Shown piece by piece: positions 62,890-64,000 of a stretch of 64,000 nt of DNA. How positions within the stretch are numbered: position 1 is the first letter of the stretch; each line of letters begins with the position of its first letter. Under the pieces are notes generated by a model that searched no databases, had not been told where the DNA came from, and saw only the letters and a program-made list of their open reading frames with translations. The DNA lies in the NCBI RefSeq assembly GCF_006345805.1, contig NC_043006.1, positions 96,534,001 through 96,598,000 on the forward strand, written 5' to 3'. The translations under genes were made by a program, and so were the position numbers. The stretch comes from Octopus sinensis. Taxonomy: Eukaryota.

Positions 62890-63130
62890 GCAAACCAACT
62901 TTTGCCATAATGGTTGGTGACAAATTTCCTCGGGAAGAATGCTCTCCTCTCCACATTGATAAATCGTTGAAGGCTTGACCGAAGAGGTAGTTGTCTGCAC
63001 ACAATTATTTCAGCCTTGTCCACCTCACCACCTCTTCTACCATAGAGCAAAACTGCTAGCACTGCTCTATTAACAAGGGACTGTAAGGTGATACCCACTC
63101 TGTTTCTAACTCTGCCCTGCTCCAGGAAAG
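62890..63130 (-). mobile_element. old RTE LINE RT relic
   Basis: RAVLAVLLYG...LQRF...FVTN matches RTE AVVL..LLYG.E...LERFH.RCLR.IL...W.D.VTN. Confidence 0.45.
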
Positions 63131-63764
63131 AAATGATGTGCGTAACCCCACAAATAGTAATGCGCGGAACCTTCATGAAAGTATGGGTTCACCAATCAGC
63201 ACGCACATCAAACATACTCACCTAGTTACAATTCTGGGTCTGTAGGCTTTGTCTCGAACCAGTAGTGGCCGTCAAAAGCAATTCGAAGCTAAGGATTTAT
63301 TCATAGTAGACCTCGGGCCGAAAGTCCTCAAGAACAAACCACCTACTTCATCCTCATTTTTTGCCGAGAGTCTTGTCAAGAGAATCGCCGCTCTTACTCA
63401 TCACTATTTTTTCTATATATTGCTGAAGGGAAGCTCTAACTGACAGCAGTGTGCGACTGATTGATAAAGGATGACGAGAACATGACACATCCCGATGTCA
63501 GGCGCTCAAACCCAGATATTTTCATGACTCAGGGCTACAGCTTCATCAGAGTGACAAGCTATGGATACACGTAGGCGTACCTAATTGTGTATTACAAACG
63601 TTCATTGTTTCATGTAATCTGTGAGTGGTGCAGCCTCAGTGTGCTTCTGCGCATCAACAACCACGGTATGCCGGGTCCATCTTCTATTTCTACATTTCTA
63701 TAAATCATGGACGACGGATAGAGGGTAGAAATACCTTCGAGGTAATTTATAAAGAGTAGAAGAC

Positions 63765-64000
63765 TCTCTTCGGTCAGGAATGACTATGGGACTGCACCTA
63801 GAAAGTTACCTTCCTATGCACAAGTCTGGGCAAGGGTTTTTATGAAAGACTAGTAGTCGCCCATGCATACCAGCTTGGCAACTCATTTCTACAGTCGAGT
63901 GAGCTGGAGGAACATAAAATAAAGTGTCTTGCTCAAGAACACAACACAGCCCAATCCAGGAATCGAACCGAACTCACTACCACATGATTGTGAGCCCGAT
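63765..64000 (-). mobile_element. SINE family D-related, cut by the window edge
   Basis: Minus strand GGTTCGATTCC B-box, GTGTTCTTGAGCAAGACACTTT body and a distinct 3' tail. Confidence 0.75.

Noticed and set aside
63505-63550. Hammerhead on the minus strand (CTGATGA...GAAA)
   Set aside because: No convincing stem II or stem I pairing.

Overview
AT-rich, repeat-saturated eukaryotic DNA, most likely intronic or intergenic. The tRNA-derived SINE families, the TE spectrum and the microsatellite density point to a coleoid cephalopod, probably Octopus (inference; no taxonomic marker gene is present). I could not support any host protein-coding exon, functional tRNA/rRNA gene or CRISPR array. Most ORFs in the six-frame track are microsatellite translations; the few informative ones are decayed TE fragments. 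The window holds about 30 copies of four tRNA-headed SINE families, Penelope-like elements (PLEs; one nearly full length, one with inverted pseudo-LTRs), RTE, L1/Tx1-like and CRE-clade LINE relics, a Ty3/Gypsy integrase relic, Tc1/mariner fragments, MITEs and Helitron-like elements. The most interesting signal is at 53.5-53.76 kb. The 3' end of a Penelope element there carries a tRNA-like Pol III promoter, an (AAT)n spacer, a minimal hammerhead ribozyme and a T4 run, and several more degenerate hammerhead cores occur elsewhere. Other notable items: a SINE with apparent GGTATT target preference that forms self-nested dimers, an RTE-derived 5'UTR+3'-tail element inside an (ATGT)n tract, a fold-back element with a 23-bp ABABA array, a multiply inverted LINE and two snap-back hairpins. 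All protein motif matches were made by eye from manual translation.
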